Assembly: GCF_947568905.1 (NCBI RefSeq) | Contig: NC_079165.1 | Span: 79,236,001 to 79,300,000 of the forward strand | Reading direction: 5' to 3' | DNA: 64,000 bases | Source of the DNA: Ostrea edulis | Lineage: Eukaryota | Shown: in pieces, positions 59,972 through 64,000 of the stretch | Numbering within the stretch: position 1 is the stretch's first letter | Layout: every line of letters starts with the position of its first letter | The notes under the pieces: generated by a model | What the model saw: only the letters and a program-made list of their open reading frames with translations | Told to the model about the DNA's origin: nothing | Database searches by the model: none | Made by a program: the position numbers and the translations under genes

Positions 59972-62185
59972 GACCTCGATATGGATAGTTACAATGACCT
60001 CGGTATGAATAGTTACAATGACCTCGGTAGGAATAGTTACAATGACCTCGGTATGGATAGTTACAATGACCTCGGTATGAATAGTTACAATGACCTTGGT
60101 ATGAATAGTTACAATGACCCCGGTATGAATAGTTACAATGACCCCGGTATGGATAGTTACAATGACCCCGGTATGAATAGTTACAATGACCTCGGTATGG
60201 ATAATTACAATGACCTCGGTATGAATAGTTACAATGACCTCGATATGAATAATTACAATGACCTCGGTATGAAGAGTTACAATGACCCCGGTATGGATAG
60301 TTACGATGACCCCGGTATGAATAGTTACAATGACCCCGGTATGGATAGTTACAATGACCTCGGTATGAATAGTTACAATGACCTCGGTATGAATAATTAC
60401 AATGACCCCGGTATGGATAGTTACAATGACCTCGGTATGAATAGTTACAATGACCCCGGTATGGATAGTTACAATGACCTCGGTATAGATAGTTACAATG
60501 ACCTCGGTATGAATAATTACAATGACCTCGGTATGAATAGTTACAATGACCCCGGTATGAATAGTTACAATAACCCCGGTATGAATAGTTACAATGACCC
60601 CAGTATGGATAGTTACAATGACCTCGGTATGAATAATTACAATGACCTCGGTATGAATAGTCACAATGAACCCGGTATAGATAGTTACAATGACCTCGGT
60701 ATGAATAGTTACAATGACCCCGGTATGGATAGTTACAATGACTTCGGTATGAATAATTACAATGACCTCGGTATGAATAGTTACAATGACCTCGGTATGG
60801 ATAGTTACAATGACCTCGGTATTGATAGTTACAATGACCTCGGTATAAATAGTTACAATGACCTCGGTATGAATAGTTACAATGACCTCGGTATGAATAG
60901 TTACAATGACCTCGGTATGAATAGTTACAATGACCCCGGTATGGATAATTACAATGACCTCGGTATGAATAGTTACAATGACCCCGGTATGAATATATAT
61001 ATAGTTACAATGACCTCGGTATGAATAGTTACAATGACCTCGGTATGAATAGTTACAATGACCTCGGTATGAATAGTTACAATGACCCCGGTATGGATAG
61101 TTACAATGACCTCGGTATAGATAGTTACAATGACCTCGGTATGAATAATTACAATGACCTCGGTATGAATAGTTACAATGACCCCGGTATGAATAGTTAC
61201 AATGACCCCGGTATGAATAGTTACAATGACCCCAGTATGGATAGTTACAATGACCTCGGTATGAATAATTACAATGACCTCGGTATGAATAGTCACAATG
61301 AACCCGGTATAGATAGTTACAATGACCTCGGTATGAATAGTTACAATGACCCCGGTATGGATAGTTACAATGACTTCGGTATGAATAATTACAATGACCT
61401 CGGTATGAATAGTTACAATGACCTCGGTATGGATAGTTACAATGACCTCGGTATTGATAGTTACAATGACCTCGGTATAAATAGTTACAATGACCTCGGT
61501 ATGAATAGTTACAATGACCTCGGTATGAATAGTTACAATGACCTCGGTATGAATAGTTACAATGACCCCGGTATGGATAATTACAATGACCTCGGTATGA
61601 ATAGTTACAATGACCCTGGTATGAATATATATATAGTTACAATGACCTCGGTATGAATAGTTACAATGACCTCGGTATGAATAGTTACAATGACCTCGGT
61701 ATGAATAGTTACAATGACCTCGGTAGGAATAGTTACAATAACATCGGTATGAATAGTTACAATGACCTTGGTATGGATAGTTACAATGACCTCGGTATGA
61801 GTGGTTACAATGACCCCGGTATGGATAATTACAATGACCTCGATATGAATAGTTACAATGACCCCGGTATGGATAGTTACAATGACCTCGGTATGGATAG
61901 TTACAATGACCCCGGTATGGATAGTTACAATGACCTCGGTGTGGATAGTTACAATGACCCCAGTATGGATAGTTACAGTGAACTCGGTATGGATAGTTAC
62001 AATGACCTCGGTATGAATAGTTACAATGACCCCGGTATGGATAGTTACAATGACCTCGGTATGAATAGTTACAATGACCCCGGTATGGATAGTTACAATG
62101 ACCCCGGTATGGATAGTTATAGTGATCCCGGTATGGATAGTTACAATGACCCCGGTATGGATAGTTACAGTGATCCCGGTATGGA
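59972..62185. repeat. 24-bp minisatellite, ~90 copies, with an internal 632-bp duplication
   Basis: Unit GTTACAATGACCTCGGTATGAATA; diagnostic variants recur at a 632-bp offset. Confidence 0.95.
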
Positions 62186-63690
62186 GGGTTAATTGCTAAA
62201 TTTATAATTATAGGGGAATTCGTTTCTAGTCCTGAAGAGCCCTAATTCATGGCTACTCAATCGAACCCCTTTGTTTGGTCTCAAATTCTAAGCATTTCGA
62301 CATATTGCGTCGCCGTGTCTAGTATATGAGTGCAATATAATACACAACAATTTACATGTACATATCGTACGTAATACGTCAGCATGGACGGGGAAATTTT
62401 ATCACGTGAGCAAGAATTTGATAAAGAAGTACTGAAAAATCGCGTGTTTTGATTTTTCTGTATGGCGGTTTATTTCTTAATTTATTCAAATGTAAAATAT
62501 TGTTGTGCGAAGCACAAAGAGCTATTCAAATAATGCGTACCGAGTATCAATTAATATTTCACATGAACATGTAATGAACTTAGCATTAAACTGTCAATTA
62601 AAAATGGTAATAAACTTAGATACTATAATAGGGTTCATAAGTTCATTGAAACGTGTCTATTTCATATAGATCAAAGTCTAGTCTATTTTTCTTTATTGTT
62701 CTATTTTCAAAGGGGGGGGGTGTTGTTTTTATTCTTTTTTTTTTTTTAAGGTATACTACTAGAACCAAAGTATATTTTATCCTGAATTAGCAGATCATTA
62801 AAATCTTGGTATGGTTTTTTTTTAATCTGAAGGAATTATTTTAGCGATAATCTTTTAATTAGATATGGTTCATTAAAGCTTGCATGAATGCCAGTGAAAT
62901 AATTAATTCTTCAAAATTGAAAATGTAAAAAATAAATGGCACGGAACCAAATCACGACATACAGAGGAAAGCTGCTACTAAAGATTTCACTGAAGTACAG
63001 GCCAACAGATCGGTTTGTAAATGTTTCCTCTTCTCATTTCTCAAACAACCTTATAAAAGTTCAAGGTCACTCAATAACCCTTCTTTACTAAATATATGGA
63101 TCTGTAAAATTTGACCTTGGTGTCAGGAAAGTTGTGGTGCATTTGTTGTAATTCGAATACCTTATCTAAGAATGATTTTAATCACAATGTTTTATAATTG
63201 TTTAGGTAATGTTGATATCATTTTGTTCACCACTACCACACCGCTTTGATGCCATTTGACATTTCCCTGATTTTGTTGAAATCGATGTTTTCTCTGATTT
63301 ATACAAAAGATGTGGTATTTCCACTCCTCACTTCATCAATTATGTAGATAAGATACAAACTATTCCACGTTAACAACCCGAATAAAATATTAGCAGTGAA
63401 TAATTGTTATTCTAATCGACGTTCAGAGCTACTATCATTCCAGACACATTGTGTTTGTTTGTGTGGAGAACCGTGTGAAAATAACACTCATGAATTACCA
63501 AATCACTCACGGATTGGCTGCCTGATCTCAGTAAAAGTCAGTTCTGACGACCATGCAATGTCATTCTTCTAGTGTGAATGGTCACTAAGAACAGAATGTA
63601 AAACTTGTTTCATTGAAATTTATGAGATGTCTCGCCCAAAAAACAAGCGAAATGACACACTGTGATTGGAACGATTGTATGTATATGTCT

Positions 63691-63723
<33 letters not shown>

Positions 63724-63730
63724 ATTTTAC

Positions 63731-63958
63731 CTTCTTAAAATCCCCTGAGGGGTGGTGTCGGGCTTCTGACCCCTTTCCTCGAATTTGACGTACACCTTTA
63801 GCAGGTGACATGTCGTGTTACAAGAATACGGTTTAGTCTCGAGCCTTTTCGTCATTTTCAGTGTATCCATCCTGTCATTGATTCGGTAGATATCGTTCTT
63901 ATCATATAATCTGTCGAAATTCAGAGAGAGAGTCCCCATCCCATGGAGTATCACGTCC
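63731..63958 (-). CDS. Possible isolated internal exon (228 nt, phase 2-2) of an unidentified gene
   Basis: Open frame DVILHGMGTLSLNFDRLYD...PQGILR between CATAG and GTAAAA; no recognisable domain and no partner exons found. Confidence 0.3.
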
Positions 63959-64000
63959 CTATGAATGATTAGACGCCTGATTATTGGTGCTCAATAAATC

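Noticed and set aside
59849-62192. Long ORFs (SYNDLGMN)n and (VIVTIHTE)n
   Set aside because: By-products of a 24-bp unit that is a multiple of 3, open on both strands, with frame breaks at the AT interruptions and no domain or signal.

Overview
AT-rich, intron-containing, repeat-dense animal DNA. A bivalve mollusc, probably an oyster, is inferred from recalled repeat families and is not database-verified. No prokaryotic operon or CRISPR array is present. Spliced genes I could reconstruct: (1) a two-exon type II membrane HtrL/YibB-like gene (6285-8670, -); (2) a cluster of four paralogues encoding secreted ~500-aa His-rich proteins (signal peptide + IgGFc-binding-type domain + acidic Cys-containing DNDCDGxxDE motifs): A 15661-26019 (-), inverted pseudogene C 30151-33489 (+), B 35554-40040 (-), D 46890-49464 (-); (3) a two-exon BTB-BACK-PHR gene (56598-58188, +). 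Mobile DNA includes a decayed Gmr1-like Gypsy element with integrase upstream of RT, a Merlin transposon with TIRs and an 8-bp TSD, about 12 5'-truncated Penelope-like (probably Naiad) 3' ends, tRNA-type SINEs, LINE tails, palindromic MITEs and four minisatellites. The most interesting items are the mosaic, possibly metal-related secreted gene cluster and a 338-bp retrozyme-like insertion with a broken hammerhead core inside an exon of the inverted pseudogene. All coordinates were counted by hand; repeat boundaries are approximate.
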